From: Ranitomeya imitator
Lineage: Eukaryota
Length of the DNA stretch: 64,000 bases
Assembly: GCF_032444005.1 (NCBI RefSeq)
Contig: NC_091286.1
Span: 405,604,001 to 405,668,000, forward strand
Direction of reading: 5' to 3'
The notes under the pieces were generated by a model. That model did not search any database, was not told the origin of the DNA, and saw only the letters and a program-made list of their open reading frames with translations. The translations under genes were made by a program, and so were the position numbers. Below are positions 47,724-60,225 of the stretch, piece by piece (the first letter of the stretch is position 1; the number at the start of each line of letters is the position of its first letter).

Positions 47724-49457
47724 ATGTGTCTACATGTTCCTGTGTTGCTTCTTTTTTTTTTATTTGCTTGTGTAATGTGTATACTTGGCAGTAGGGGGCA
47801 GACTTGCCACATCTTTGGTTCCTTTCTCCTCGCGCAGTGCTGGTGGGGGTGGCACACTGTATGCTGCTATTGTATACAGTTATTACTGGCGCTGTAGTTG
47901 GCAGCATTGTCGCACTGATCAGCAGGTATTTAGGAACCCTGCGGCATGCCCGGGCACTGATGTGGAGTTTCTTGGATGCTGGGATTTATGGACTTCTAGA
48001 TTTTATGGCCTTGCTGTTTCCAATCTGTTCAATGCGAGGCGACTGAGCTTTCAAGGCCTTCGCTTACCAGCCCAGTCCTGGGCACAGTTGCTAATGTAGA
48101 CAGGAGACCTGCTCATCCAGTCAGTCATTTCCCTGCTCTGCACAGATAGAGGGGAAAAGACCCCAAAGCTGCTGTCTGTTGGGTTTTCTATCATTTAAAG
48201 GAGTCTCTGGTTCAGGAGATTGCTTCCATCCTTTTGCTTGAGACTGGTTCTCTTGTTTACCTCCTTTTTATTTTTTTCTTGCTTGATTTCTTTCCATTGT
48301 ATTTTCTTTCTTGCATGCTTTATACGTACAGTATGTAATATGCTGATCCTGAGGGGGATTTCTAATTAGTCAGTTTAGTAGCTAAAGGGAAAACTTAAAA
48401 AAAAGGAGGATTCTGTGGTTGCTCTTGGTATAAGGCTGGTGCTGTCCCCTAACTAGGGTATCGCATGGTTCCAAAGGTGTGCAAGGCTATGAAAATATAT
48501 ATTTTATTATTAGAGGGGACAGCGGACTGTTGTTACATTGTGGGTTGCAAATGTTGCTTATGGAAATCTGCATTTTGTCCATATTGTTAAGAAAGTCTTA
48601 AAAACCACTAATGACATCTAATCTTCCTATCCCTCGCTCATCCTTCGCTTTATTACTATATACTTGTTTATCCGCTTGTTGCTATATCTTCAGCCAGGCC
48701 TTGAAGTAATAATTCAAGCAAAATGCAGACAAAAATCAAATGAACTCAAAAAGAATGAAGGGATTCAGTCCGCTTCTGCTTAGTGCAGGCTTGTCCGGGC
48801 ATGTGTGTGTGTTATTGTATAAGCTTGTGGCCAAAAACAATGAAATGACTAGTATGCTTGTTTAGAAGGAGTACACTTTTTGCAATGTTTTTTTTGTGGT
48901 GCATTAAATCACTGTATTTCTGCAATATTTCTTTTCTATTAGTTTAGCTCCTGCATCTTTCAAGTGTTTCTACAGACAGCAAACTTGTGTATGGGGACCT
49001 TCCCATTGTGCTTGGAGGTGCGCACAACTCTGCGCGTGCAGATGGTTATGATCTGTGGGGCAACCAATGTGGGCACAGATCCGTCAATACCTGGATAGCA
49101 CGGCTATCCTTTTCCACCATCACCCTGCACATTCAATGTACACAGACATCGCTCTTCCTAGCGCCTGACATTGGATATGTAAATAAGAGAGAAGGGTAGT
49201 GTGGGGCAGGGAAACGTGAGCACGGACAATTTGCATACAGAAACACTTGCAAATGGTTTGAAAAATAATCAAGGATTCATAAAAGCAGAAAAATGACGCA
49301 ATGCATCCCAATGTGTTTTAATGAATGCATACATTGCCTTTAATGTGCGAGAAATGTAGAGTGCAGGTGATGCAGACATTTTTAAGTAAGATGTGTTTTT
49401 TTTGTCTATAGTTTTAGTGAACGTGGTTTCACTAGAGGCGCTCAATGCTAAGAGAAG

Positions 49458-49586
49458 ATGAAAGATTTAGATCTAGGAGTCGAATATGTCATACCCAGCC
49501 TTGGGTACAGAAATGTCCGGGAGCAAACCAACAAAGATGAGAAAAAAGAGGATGAAGACTTCAGATATTCAAAGGCGAAATCAACG
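49458..49586 (+). CDS. abcc5: ABCC5 (MRP5) first coding exon, 43 codons; later exons not found in the window
   Basis: MKDLDLGVEYVIPSLGYRNVRE... matches the human ABCC5 N-terminus MKDIDIGKEYIIPSPGYRSVRE. 129 coding nt, ending in a phase-0 donor GTTAGT at 49587. Acceptor TTTTTTTGTCTATAG at ~49411. Confidence 0.93.
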
Positions 49587-49634
49587 GTTAGTTTGACTTT
49601 GTTTGGCTTTGTAATATTGGTCTCAAGATGTTGT

Positions 49635-50838
49635 TTAAAGAGATGATTTTGAGCTATTACTGTGGGCATGCAGGTAATAGAATGATTAAACCAGTCTTAC
49701 CTGTATGCCTCATAGCTGCAGTGTAGACCTTGAGACATGTAGTTATGTTTTATGTTAATGATTTCTCCCAGGTTCCGGGGCGTGCGGTTCCTGGAAGAAA
49801 TCCCTGCCTCCTCTTCATTATAATAGCACCCCTCTCCCATGGGTGTAACACTGACCTGTGATGTGCAGTTGCGAGCTGTAATCCCGCGCATGTGCTGTCC
49901 ACTTGCACGGTTATGTGAAACTTATCCTCCCCTCTATGGGCAGAGTCTTCATTGATCTTCTGCACTGGTGAGTCACAGCACAATAGCAGAGAATTACCTG
50001 TGCAGAAGATCGATGAAGACTCTGCCCATAGACGGGCGAATAAGTTTCACATAACCACGTGGGTAGACGATGCATGCGCAGGGCTACAGCGCTGCAACTT
50101 CACATCACAGGTCAGTGTGATGCGTATGGGAGAGGGGTGCTATTATACTGAAGAGGGAAGGCAGGGATTTCTTCCATACAGAGCATGCCCTGGAGCTTGG
50201 ATGAAATCATTAACGTAAAACATTAGAACTGCATTTCTCTAGATCTACACCGCAGCTATGAGGCATACAGGTGTAAGGCTGGTTTAACCATTCGATTACC
50301 TGTATGCCCATAGTAATAGCTCAATATTGTCCATTGGGTGACAGATTCCTTTTAAAGGGATGTTCTGGGACTAAGTTTTTAGGCCCATACTAAAAAAACA
50401 AACAGGTGGTTAGTTGCTAACTACCTACTTGTTCTAACCGTCATCTGCACAGAGCGAACATTGACTGCTTCTACCAGCGATTCAGTTGATTCATATCAAT
50501 AGGAGCTCTTTCTCTTCCGGGCTGCTCTGTCAATGAACAGGACGTGACTGCCAGCGTCATGCTGATTGACATCCAGCTCCATGTAGTTAGACTGGATGGA
50601 GCTAGCTGTCAGTCAGCATAATGTCGGCAGTCACGCCTAATAGCAAAGCAGAGTGGAAGAAAACCTTCTTGATTGTTGATGTGACATCAGCGGAAGCTGA
50701 TGAATCACCGGTATGAGCGGTCTGTGACCACTCTGTGCTGGCAGAGATCGGCACCAGGCACCACAGGCAAGTAGGTAGCACCTACCTGTTAGTTTTTAGA
50801 TAAATAGTACAAAAAATGTTTGCAGATAATTCCTTTAA
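49635..50838. mobile_element. Two adjacent Kolobok/T2-type palindromic MITEs
   Basis: Long internal inverted symmetry (49660-49790 vs 50190-50320) and TTAA-bounded ends at ~50351-50354 and ~50835-50838. Confidence 0.65.
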
Positions 50839-51194
50839 AGAATGATATGCCCCGATATATTAAATACTTCATATGGGGTACAAAATAATGTAACATATAT
50901 TACAGTGGTTGCCTGGGTTGAAATAAAAAGTCTGCAATATTCTAGATGACTGCATATTGCCGAAACGTAACAGTGCGCAATTCGCTGACTGTCACAATTA
51001 CCCTGTATTCCCCACACGGTAGGTAGGTAGCACCTACCTCGTCCAACTTCTCTCAGTATAAGAAAATTGAGAAATACGGACGACCATCCACCTGCACAGA
51101 AAATACAGGAGAATTGTGACACATCGTACATTTTTATGATTCCTCAATTATTAAGTGACTGCAGAGTTTTCATTTCAGGCCCGGCAACCTCTTT

Positions 51195-51650
51195 AAACGG
51201 AATCTGTCGCCAGGTTTTTCACTATTTCATCAGCAGGACGCATGATGTGGGGGTAGAGACCCTGATTCCAGTGATTGTATCACCTACGGGGCTGCTTACT
51301 GTTTTTGATAAAAACACTGTTTGATCTGCTGCAGATGTACCAGTTCTCGGAATGCTGAGCTCTGCATAACCCCACCCCACCACTGATTGGCATCTTTCTG
51401 TGTACTGTGTGAATAGGCAGAAAGCTGTCAATCAGTGGTGGGGTTGGGGTTATAGAGCTCATGAATATGGAGGACTACATGGCAGCAGATTTCGTAGTCT
51501 TCTAGTCACAAACTCCTGCTGATGAAACTGATTTTATCAACGTTACTGCAAGCAGTCCAGTAAGTCACACATCGCTAGAATCAGGGTCTCTGTCTATATC
51601 ATGTTGCTCTTAGATGAGGTGGCAAAAACCTTTTGGCAGTTTCCCATTAA
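51195..51650. mobile_element. Kolobok/T2-type MITE
   Basis: TTAA ACGGAATCTGTCGCCAGGTTTTT ... AAAAACCTTTTGGCAGTTTCCCA TTAA. Confidence 0.65.
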
Positions 51651-52472
51651 AGAGGTTTTCTAGGAGTTTTGTTATATTTAGTGTATTTGTCTACATTTTA
51701 CATTATGAAATAAACTAGATTTACAAAGTTTTTTCTTTCCTGTAATGTTCCCCATAGGTTCTGTGTCTCGTTTTCATGGTATGTCATTTTTAGACAATGT
51801 AGCTGTAAAATATAAATCCTCAATGTGTTCTCAAACAGCTAGGTGCTATTGCATCTAATAGCATTGTGCAATGTGCTTACAGTACACGTCCGATATTGTA
51901 ATGGTACTCCGTCCAGAACACCCGAGAGCCCTAAACAGAACTGCGGAGGAGCAGTCCCACTTCTAGCCTGTTAGAAACAATGCTAGACCATTGCATGTTT
52001 GATTCATTTGGTGCAAATGCTATTTGTTTTGTTTGTTGTGTTTTCCATTTTGCTTTAAGTTTTTGGGGTTTAAAATGTTGCACAGTCCTGTCAATAAACT
52101 TTAAAATGTCATATTAGTCTTCAACTTTGGAAAAATAAGATTAGACAGATTTTGCACTCCACTTGGGTACTGGAAACATTTCAAAAAGTCTCAAATTGGC
52201 TGAAAACATCTGGATAATGTAGACCATATTCACATTGTTGAGTAAACCTAAGAAAAATGTCTGGGACTAAAAGAACTAGGTTAAAAAATTAAGGAAAAGC
52301 CACAAATAATTTTGCAGAAACATAAAATTGCCTAATAACTAATGCTTACTCCAATAAAAGTGGTAAAATGAATGAATTGAGGCCTTTAGACCACCTTTAC
52401 ATGTTCAGCATTTTGGTCAGTATTTTACATCAGTATTGTTTGTAATCCAAAACCAGGAGGAGTGGACTATAA

Positions 52473-52831
52473 GGCTAGGTTCCCATTGCGTTGATGGGAA
52501 CGCGCTAACGGACAGCGTTGCACGGCGAAATTAACGCCGTGCAACGCGTCCGTTAGCGCGCCCATTCATGGCAATGGGAACGCGCAGCACTAGCGCGTGC
52601 CATGTTCGACACGCGCTAGCGACGCGCCGGTGATTTGTGGCGCGCCGCGGACGCTGCTTGCAGCGTCCGAGGCGCGCCCGCGGTCCGTTCCCCGCTCTCG
52701 CAGATCGGGGATCTGTGAGAGCGGGGACGTTACCGCGACCCCGGAACGCAGCCCCGGTAAAAACATTGCGTTAGCGCAATCTGTTGGCGCTAGCGCTAAA
52801 CGGATTGCACTAACGCAATGTGACCCTAGCC
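52473..52831. mobile_element. Harbinger-like MITE nested in an older MITE (~52385-52940)
   Basis: TIR GGCTAGGTTCCCATTGCGTT / AACGCAATGTGACCCTAGCC and TAA TSD on both sides. Confidence 0.85.
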
Positions 52832-53065
52832 TAAGAGGGAAAGTATAATAGAAACACGTCACCACTTCTGCTTTTTTTTTTACCCACTCCTGGTTTTGGC
52901 TTACAAATACTGAGGTAAAATACTGACGAAATACTGAACTAAATAGTGAACTCTTGGCAAACTAGGTCACTATTGTCAAATGTTCAGTTCACCTTCATGT
53001 TTTCTCAACCTGGATGATAGCTGGTCATTGAATGGTCAAATGACGGTGTGAGCCCTCAGCTGTAA

Positions 53066-53948
53066 GGGCAGTCCCACACGTCCAGATAATTCCAGTACCG
53101 GAAAAATCAGTACCGGAATTATCCGTGTCTGTGTGCCCGTGCGTTTCTGTGGCACATCAGTGTGGCACACGTGCACCGCCCGTGTGCCCACTGGGTACCA
53201 CACGCACCGTGCAGGAGACAGCGCTAAAGTTTAGCGCTGTCCCCACCACTGGTGCTGAAGCCCCATTCATATCTTCCCTGCAGCAGCGTTTGCTGTAGAG
53301 AAGATATGAATATTCCTTTTTTTTTTTTTTGTTTCTCGTGTTTAAAATAAATATCCATGTCCCCACCCCCCTCCCACCCCCTGTGCGCCCACCCGCTGTT
53401 CTTAAAATACTCACCCGGCTCCCTCGCTGGCTGGCGCTGCTTCCTGTCCTGGCCGCACCTTCTACTGTATGAGCGGTCACGTGGGGCCGCTTATTTACAG
53501 TAATGAATATGCGGCTCCACCCCTATGGGTGGGGACATGGATATTTATTTTAACCACGAGAAACCAAAAAAAAGGAATATTCATACCTTCTCTACAGCAA
53601 ACGCTGCTACAGGGAAGATATGAATGGGGCTTCAGTACCAGTGGGGGGGGGGGGACAGTGCTTACTGTAGCGCTGTCTCCTGCACGGCACACGGACTGCA
53701 CACGGACAACGTCCGTGTGCGGTACGTGTTTTACACGGACCCATTGACTTTAATGGGTCCGTGTAATCCGTGCGCTCCCACGAACACTGACATGTCTCCG
53801 TGTTTGGCACACGGAGACACGGTCCGCAAAAAATCAATGACATCTGCACAGATGCATTGATTTCAATGTGTCTACGTGTGTCAGTGGCTCCGGTACGTGA
53901 GGAAACTGTCACCTCACGTATCGGAGCCACTGACGTGTGAAACCGGCC
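53066..53948. mobile_element. Harbinger-like MITE with internal inverted segments
   Basis: TAA flanks and imperfect TIR GGGCAGTCCCACACGTC / GACGTGTGAAACCGGCC. Confidence 0.7.
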
Positions 53949-54483
53949 TAATGGAATGTGAAAAGTTTACCTCCGGTCACTAGCGTCGACTGATGGGACT
54001 ACTACTCCCATTAGCCTACACCTGCTGCCGTTAATAACAGCAAGACCAGACATCGACTGATGGGAGTATTCATCAGCCTGCGCTCTAAATAAATAAATTA
54101 AAAAAAAACAACCTGTGTGGGTTTCCCTGTATTTTTGATAATGAGCCAGGCAAAACTGCACAGTTCTCTGACCGGCATTACTGATTTTACTGCTGATCAG
54201 AGGCAGTGTTTGCTGCACTGTCAAGCACACTGGATGTTCGGGCTCCCTATTCAAGTGAATGTTGTTTGGGCTCAGGTACTGTTCTGGTACCCGAACCAAC
54301 TTTTTTTTTAACTGTTTGGCTGAAGACCGAACATTTGGAGGTTCGCCCATAACTACTTATTGATCACTGTCTTCTCTGGCTTCCAGCTCTGGTTCGGTCC
54401 TTTTCTAGACTGTGTGATCCCAAATCGGACTAGCTGGATCACCAGGGGTTTATGTGTGGGCTGGAAGTTGCTTTGTCAATGTA

Positions 54484-56577
54484 AGGGTATGTGCACACGA
54501 TCAGGATTGGCTCAGTGCTTGCTCAGGATTTGACGCAGGTGAAATCTGCATCTGAGGTCACTTGCAGGTCACCTGCATTTTTTATGCATTTTTACATGCG
54601 TTTTTGATGCCTTTGATGCCTTTTTTCCACATGCGTTTTTGATGTTTTTTCAATGCATGTGTTTTTTTTGTCACTTGAAATAAAGCTAATTGAAAGTTGG
54701 CTTCTGGGAAGGAAAAAAGTTATTTCCTGTTTGCAGATTTATTGGGGTATGTTCCCACGGTCAGTAAATGCTGCGGGTTGGACGCTGCGTACATCTGCAG
54801 CATCCAACCTGCAGTATCCAGCTGTTACTTATAGTGGATGGGATTTCAAGAAATTATGTGTGCACCAATGCCCGCGGCTTACCCGCAGAGACGGTCATGT
54901 GGCGCGTCTTTCGAGACCGCAACATGTCAGTTTATGTAGCGGAGACGCTCGGTCTCCAGTGCGTAAATTACCCATAGATTTCCATTAGATGCGATAAAAC
55001 TGCATTATCTTCCTAATCACATGCGTATTAAGTGCGGGAGCGCAGCTAACTGTGCATGTGTATTTAAATAATGGTGAATCTTGGGACACAGCTGGAAGTA
55101 CATGACACAGGAAGTGGAGGAAAGCACAAATACAGGTCCCCGTCATTTTTAATACATAAGCATTTTTAAAAAAAATAGCATGGGGTCCCCCTATATATGT
55201 TAACCAGACAGAGTAAAGCAGGCTACTGGGACTGGTATTTCAGGCTAGTAAGGATCCAATATCCATGAAGCTTACCAACCTGATTAACATCAGGCTGCAG
55301 CAGTCTGCTTATTTTGGATGGTTGGCAAAAATAGTGAGATCCCCTCCAAAAAAAATAGCGTGGGGTCCCCTATTTTTGTTAACCAGCCAAGGAAAAGCAG
55401 ACAGCTGCTGCCTGGTATTCTCAGGCTGGCGAGGCCCATGGATTTTATCCCTCACCTGCTTAAAAAACAGCAGCCCACAGCTGCCCCACAATTGGCACAT
55501 CCAAAGAAGCACCAATTGTGGCGCTTTACCCAGCTCTTCCCACTTGCCCTGTAGCTGTGGCAAGTGAGATAATATTTGTGGGGTTGATGTCCCCTTTGTA
55601 TTGTCAGGTGACATCAAGCCAATGGCTTAGTAATGTAGAGGCGTCTATAAGACACCTATCCATTACTAATCTATAGTTATATGGTAAAGAAAGACACAGC
55701 CAGAATAAAGTATTTTAATTGAAATAGACTCCATTAATATTCAGAAATAATCATACTTACTGCAACGCCTAATTCCACCGAAGCCCTCGATCTCCTGTAA
55801 GAGAATTAAAGTAAAAAAGCAACAATATCCTTACCTGTCCGACGAAAAGAACTGTCCGATTGTGAGAACTGCAGGGTATGTGAACTTCCAGCTGAAACAA
55901 GGTACGCTATTATGTAAATTAGTACACATGCGTAGTAAGCTGCGTTCCCACACTTAATACGCATGTGACTAAGAATATAATGTGGTTTTACCGCATCTAA
56001 TGATAGTGAATGGGTAATTTACGCTGTGGATATGGAGCATCTCCGCAGCGTAAATAGACATCCTGCGTTTGGAAAGACGTGCCGTATGTCTGTTTACGCA
56101 GGGATGCCGGGGGCATCTCTGAACGCATAGTGGAGATGGGATTTCTTGAAATGCAACGACTATGCTAAAACATCTGGCCACTGCGGGTTGGACGCTGCAG
56201 ATGTCTAGAACACACCCTAAGTCTATGTGCACACGTTCAGGATTTCTTGCAGAAATTTCCTGAGCAAAACTGGACATTTTCTGCAAGAAACCCGCATGTG
56301 TTATTTTTGTGTTTTTCTCGCGGTTTTTGTGCGTTTTTTTCGTGTTTTTTTCCCGGAGCTTCCCAATGCATTAAATAGCGGGAAAAACGCGAAAATCCGC
56401 AAAATTAATGAACATGCTGCGTTTTTTACCGCGATACGTTTTTTCGCTGAAAAGAACGCATCATGTGCACAAAAATTGCGCAATTCATTCGAAATGATGG
56501 GATGCATAATGTATGCATTTTTTATGTGTTTTTATAGCATTTTTATAGTGAAAAAACGCAACGTGTGCACACAGCCT
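54484..56577. mobile_element. Cluster of Harbinger-like non-autonomous elements, including a ~1.5-kb element (54745-56217) with long imperfect TIRs
   Basis: GGGTATGTGCACACG / CGTGTGCACACAGCC-type ends. 54750-55070 mirrors 55920-56217. The interior resembles 62500-63020. Confidence 0.6.
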
Positions 56578-56803
56578 AAGGGTTCATGTAGATCTCCATG
56601 AAATTTGGTCTGCGTACGGATTGCAGTGCCCAGATTGGGAGACACACGTACAATCATGCTCGGACCAAATGTAACAGATGTCTGCTTGAGCTGTAAGTCT
56701 TAAGGAGCATTTGTTCTGAGGCCCCATTGACTTACTATGAGAAAGCAGCCACTGCTGCACACAGTCCCTGTGTGAGCGGGCAAAGCGGAAGAGTGGTCAC
56801 TGA

Positions 56804-58010
56804 CAGAGCCGTATTTGCCACTAGGCACTTGAGGGCACGTGCCTAGGGCGGGACGATGCGGGGGGCGGCACCTGAGTAAGTTTTTTTTTTTTTTATTTAA
56901 GTCCTGGGTCACCTCCCGACCGACCCTCGCCCGCCTGCCTCCCACCCTCCTTGAAGACGTCATACTCGCCCTGCTCCAGCGATGCCTGGTCTCAGCGCCT
57001 GCAGCTCGTCCAGAGTGAGCGGTCACGTGGTACCGCTCATTAAGGTCATGAATATGGGCATATTCATGACCTTAATGAGCGGTACCACATGACCGCTCAC
57101 ACAGGAGGAAGCTGCTGCTCTGGGAGTCGGGACAGAGCTAGAGGGATGTTCGGCGCAATGTGGAAAAGGTGAGTATGAGGGATGGGGGGGACAGGGGGGA
57201 TGAAGGAGGACGGGGAGCCGGGAGCATCATGTGTGGCCATTATACAGTATGGAGAATTGTGTGCGGCCATTATACAGTATGGAGCATCGTGTGTGGCCAT
57301 TATACAGTATGGAGCATCGTGTGTGGCCATTATACAGTATGGAGCATCATGTGTGGCCATTATACAGTATGGAGCATCATGTGTGGCCATTATACAGTAT
57401 GGAGCATCATGTGTGGCCATTATACAGTATGGAGCATCATGTGTGGCCATTATACAGTATGGAGCATCATGTGTGGCCATTATACAGTATGGAGCATCAT
57501 GTGTGGCCATTATACAGTATGGAGCATCATGTGTGGCCATTATACAGTATGGAGCATCATGTGTGGCCATATTTTTTTTGTTTATAATTATTGTTTATGA
57601 AGCAGTGTGATCAGCAGTGCTAAATAGGTGTGGTTGGGATGTGGATATAGGTGTGACTAGTTGTGAAATGGGTGTGGTCAGAGGCGTGGCCCAAAATTTG
57701 CCACGGCGCACTACGCGCGCCGCAAACTTTATGCCTCTTTCCCTTCTTCAAAAGTTGGGAGGTATGGTACCGCATTTCCCAGATCACAGCAAGTGCCGCA
57801 AATCCCATAGGGAATGAATGAGGCTAAACGCAGTGTTGCTGTAAGTGATCCGTTACGCGGCAGATGCAGAAAAACTGCCGGATCTGCTGCAAAAGGCGAC
57901 TTTCACATCAGTGATTCTTGCCAAAGTCACTGCCGATAGTGTCATACTCACCAAAGGGGGAGAAGGCACAAAAAGTGCCTAGGGCAGCAGAAACTCTAAA
58001 TATGGCCCTG
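56804..58010. mobile_element. hAT non-autonomous element carrying a 30-bp minisatellite
   Basis: TIR CAGAGCCGTATTT / AAATATGGCCCTG and 8-bp TSD GTCACTGA at 56796-56803 and 58011-58018. Confidence 0.85.
57221..57570. repeat. 30-bp minisatellite, ~11.5 units
   Basis: Unit GGAGCATCATGTGTGGCCATTATACAGTAT. Confidence 0.95.
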
Positions 58011-59104
58011 GTCACTGATCACATGAGGACCGGAGTTGCGCCGGAAACCAGAGAAAGAAGAACAGTATGTGAGAAAGAGAAGTATTTAAAAAATGATCAT
58101 AAGTGAATAGAAATGTAATACCTTTCCATAGGGGAACATATGATGGGCCTTGCGTATTTAGCACCATTGTGTAGCACCCTCTATATGTATCCTGCAACAC
58201 TGAAATCTTTAAGTACCAGTGCTGGTTTCAGTGTGCTTTGAAGCATAGAACATTGGAGAATGATTGCATTGTTCACATAGTCTATTGTTGACACCATTAG
58301 ACTTCATGTCGATGGCCGTGCACCTGTCAGTTACCCAGAGGGTATGTATTTTTAATATCCAAAGAGTGTGAATGCTCTGGATGACTACTTCACATTATTT
58401 AAGAAATGTATATCACACATTCATGCATTTTCCTATTAATTTCATACATCAACCCACACTCAAGCCTGATCATTGATGAGGCGAGGCAGAGAATCGCGTG
58501 CTTGGGCCGCTAATTAATGCAAATAAAGGAGTAGTTGCAAAACTAGTTATTGTTAGTATGCGGGTAGAAAGCAGCCGAGGAGGAGGTTTACTTTATTTAC
58601 CAAAGCCTGTTGAATGTTGGTAGCAGATGAATCGGTTCTGCAATATATTTTTCGGTCCTTGCTCCCCCCACATTATCTATCACACTCTCATTTCTCGTAC
58701 ATATGGTGTTCTCATTAACAATACAGTTCAGCCTCCATCTTGCTTGCTAGCTGTCATCCTGCATTTTATTCCTCTATGCTCTTATCAATCCCATCATGCA
58801 TCAGTGTAGCATCATATTGGCAGTTGGAGCCAGTACCATCTCTGCCTGCTGGGACTACAGAGTCATTATATTTCCTTCATATTTTCCTAAATGGAGAAAG
58901 TATAAGTATACGGTCAGGGAGGCTGAGCTGTCACCTTCTACATAACAGCTGTGTGACAGAAGCCATGCAAATTGCCTCTTCTGAGAAAAAGAGGACTTAA
59001 CTTTATAGCGCCACCTGTTGGAAGTAGCGATCCTACAAGTCACAATCAACTCTTTAACGAGTCGTGCAATATGACTTAGGATAAAAGCCAAATTAGTATC
59101 TCAA

Positions 59105-59149
59105 TTCGCAAACACGGTGTTTCGGGCTGTTGGCCCTCATCAGTGCGAA
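59105..59149 (-). ncRNA. Type I hammerhead ribozyme in a solitary retrozyme-like repeat (~58830-59230)
   Basis: - strand reads TTCGCA CTGATGA GGGC CAACA GCCC GAAA CACCGTG TT TGCGAA. Helix I is extended by GCCAAATTAGT.TCTCA / TGAGAACTAATTTGGC. Confidence 0.85.
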
Positions 59150-59814
59150 GCATGAGAACTAATTTGGCTAGGTGAGAGGCTCTGGACTGGGGTCTAAGGG
59201 GTATCGTTTCTCTTTATGGAGAGTGACATACCATGCAGTCATCATCATTACCTGGCATCTCCCCCACCCCCCACCTTATTCACCCTCGGTGAACGTCAGC
59301 GGCACGTTCCATGAAATGTCCTCATAGTCTCATTTCCGGAAACTGAGATAGTGACCCCCCCTCCTGAGGAGAATATACAGCCATGTAATTCTCAGGGAGT
59401 CACCATGAGATCATGTGATCTAACTGAAGAGGAGGAGTCCAATAATGTTCAGGGAGAAAGGAAACGCTAAATAAGCTAATACTAGCTGAATGATAATATA
59501 TAATGGGCTAGCAGGCCAGTGGTTTTATTCCTTCTAGTTTAAGAAATTTCTTATTTTCTAGAAATCAGTGACCAAGCTAGAATAGTACAGTATGTGCCCT
59601 TGATGTTTGGTTAGTGGCTGTCTGCCACTTCGGTGCATTAGCATTAAAGGGGTATTCCCATCCCAGATTCTATCCCAATATGTAGTCGGCGTAATAATAA
59701 TATTAGCAAATACCTCCAATTAGAAATGTAGTTTAGTTTTTCTGATATACTATGTTTCCTAATCCTCATGTATCTTTCCTCATGTGCAGGCATTGCAGGA
59801 CCTTAGTTATCCAT

Positions 59815-60225
59815 AGAAAACAATAGAGAGAACATAGTGGGGAAAAACATCAGCTCCCAATCTGTTGCATCACCTTGCCGGATGAAGTAACATCGTCCGG
59901 AGCCGTCCGAGTCTTGGACATCGGCGAAATAGAAAAAGGTGGGGGAAAGAAACCTCCAGCGATGAAATCAAGAAGGAAAGTTATCTTTTTTGTAAAAACT
60001 TAGTAGTACATTAAAAAAGACATAGATCCTGGTCACCACAACCTGGGATGAACAACCAACAACCTGAGTTGTTCATCCCAGGTTGTGGTGACCAGGATCC
60101 ATGTCTCTTTTTTTAATGTACTACTGTACCGAATAAAAGTTTTTTTCATATTATTTTTGCAAAAAAAGATAACTTTTCTTCTTGATTTCATCGCAGGAGG
60201 TTTCTTCCCCCACCTTTTTCTATTT
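59815..60225. mobile_element. Fold-back insertion inside a Kolobok-type MITE (~59645-60370)
   Basis: Arms 59927-60056 and 60068-60225. TATCCAT flanks both sides (59808-59814, 60229-60235), and the host MITE palindrome resumes after it. Confidence 0.65.

Noticed and set aside
47785-48099. Hydrophobic short ORFs after the minisatellite
   Set aside because: Intronic, with non-ATG starts, no homology and no clear splice boundaries.
57097-57610. Repetitive ORFs on both strands
   Set aside because: Artefact of a 30-bp (in-frame) minisatellite inside a hAT element.
59870-59930. Hammerhead in the fold-back insert (GCCG...CGGC GAAA)
   Set aside because: No CUGANGA core at the right position and no helix I/III.
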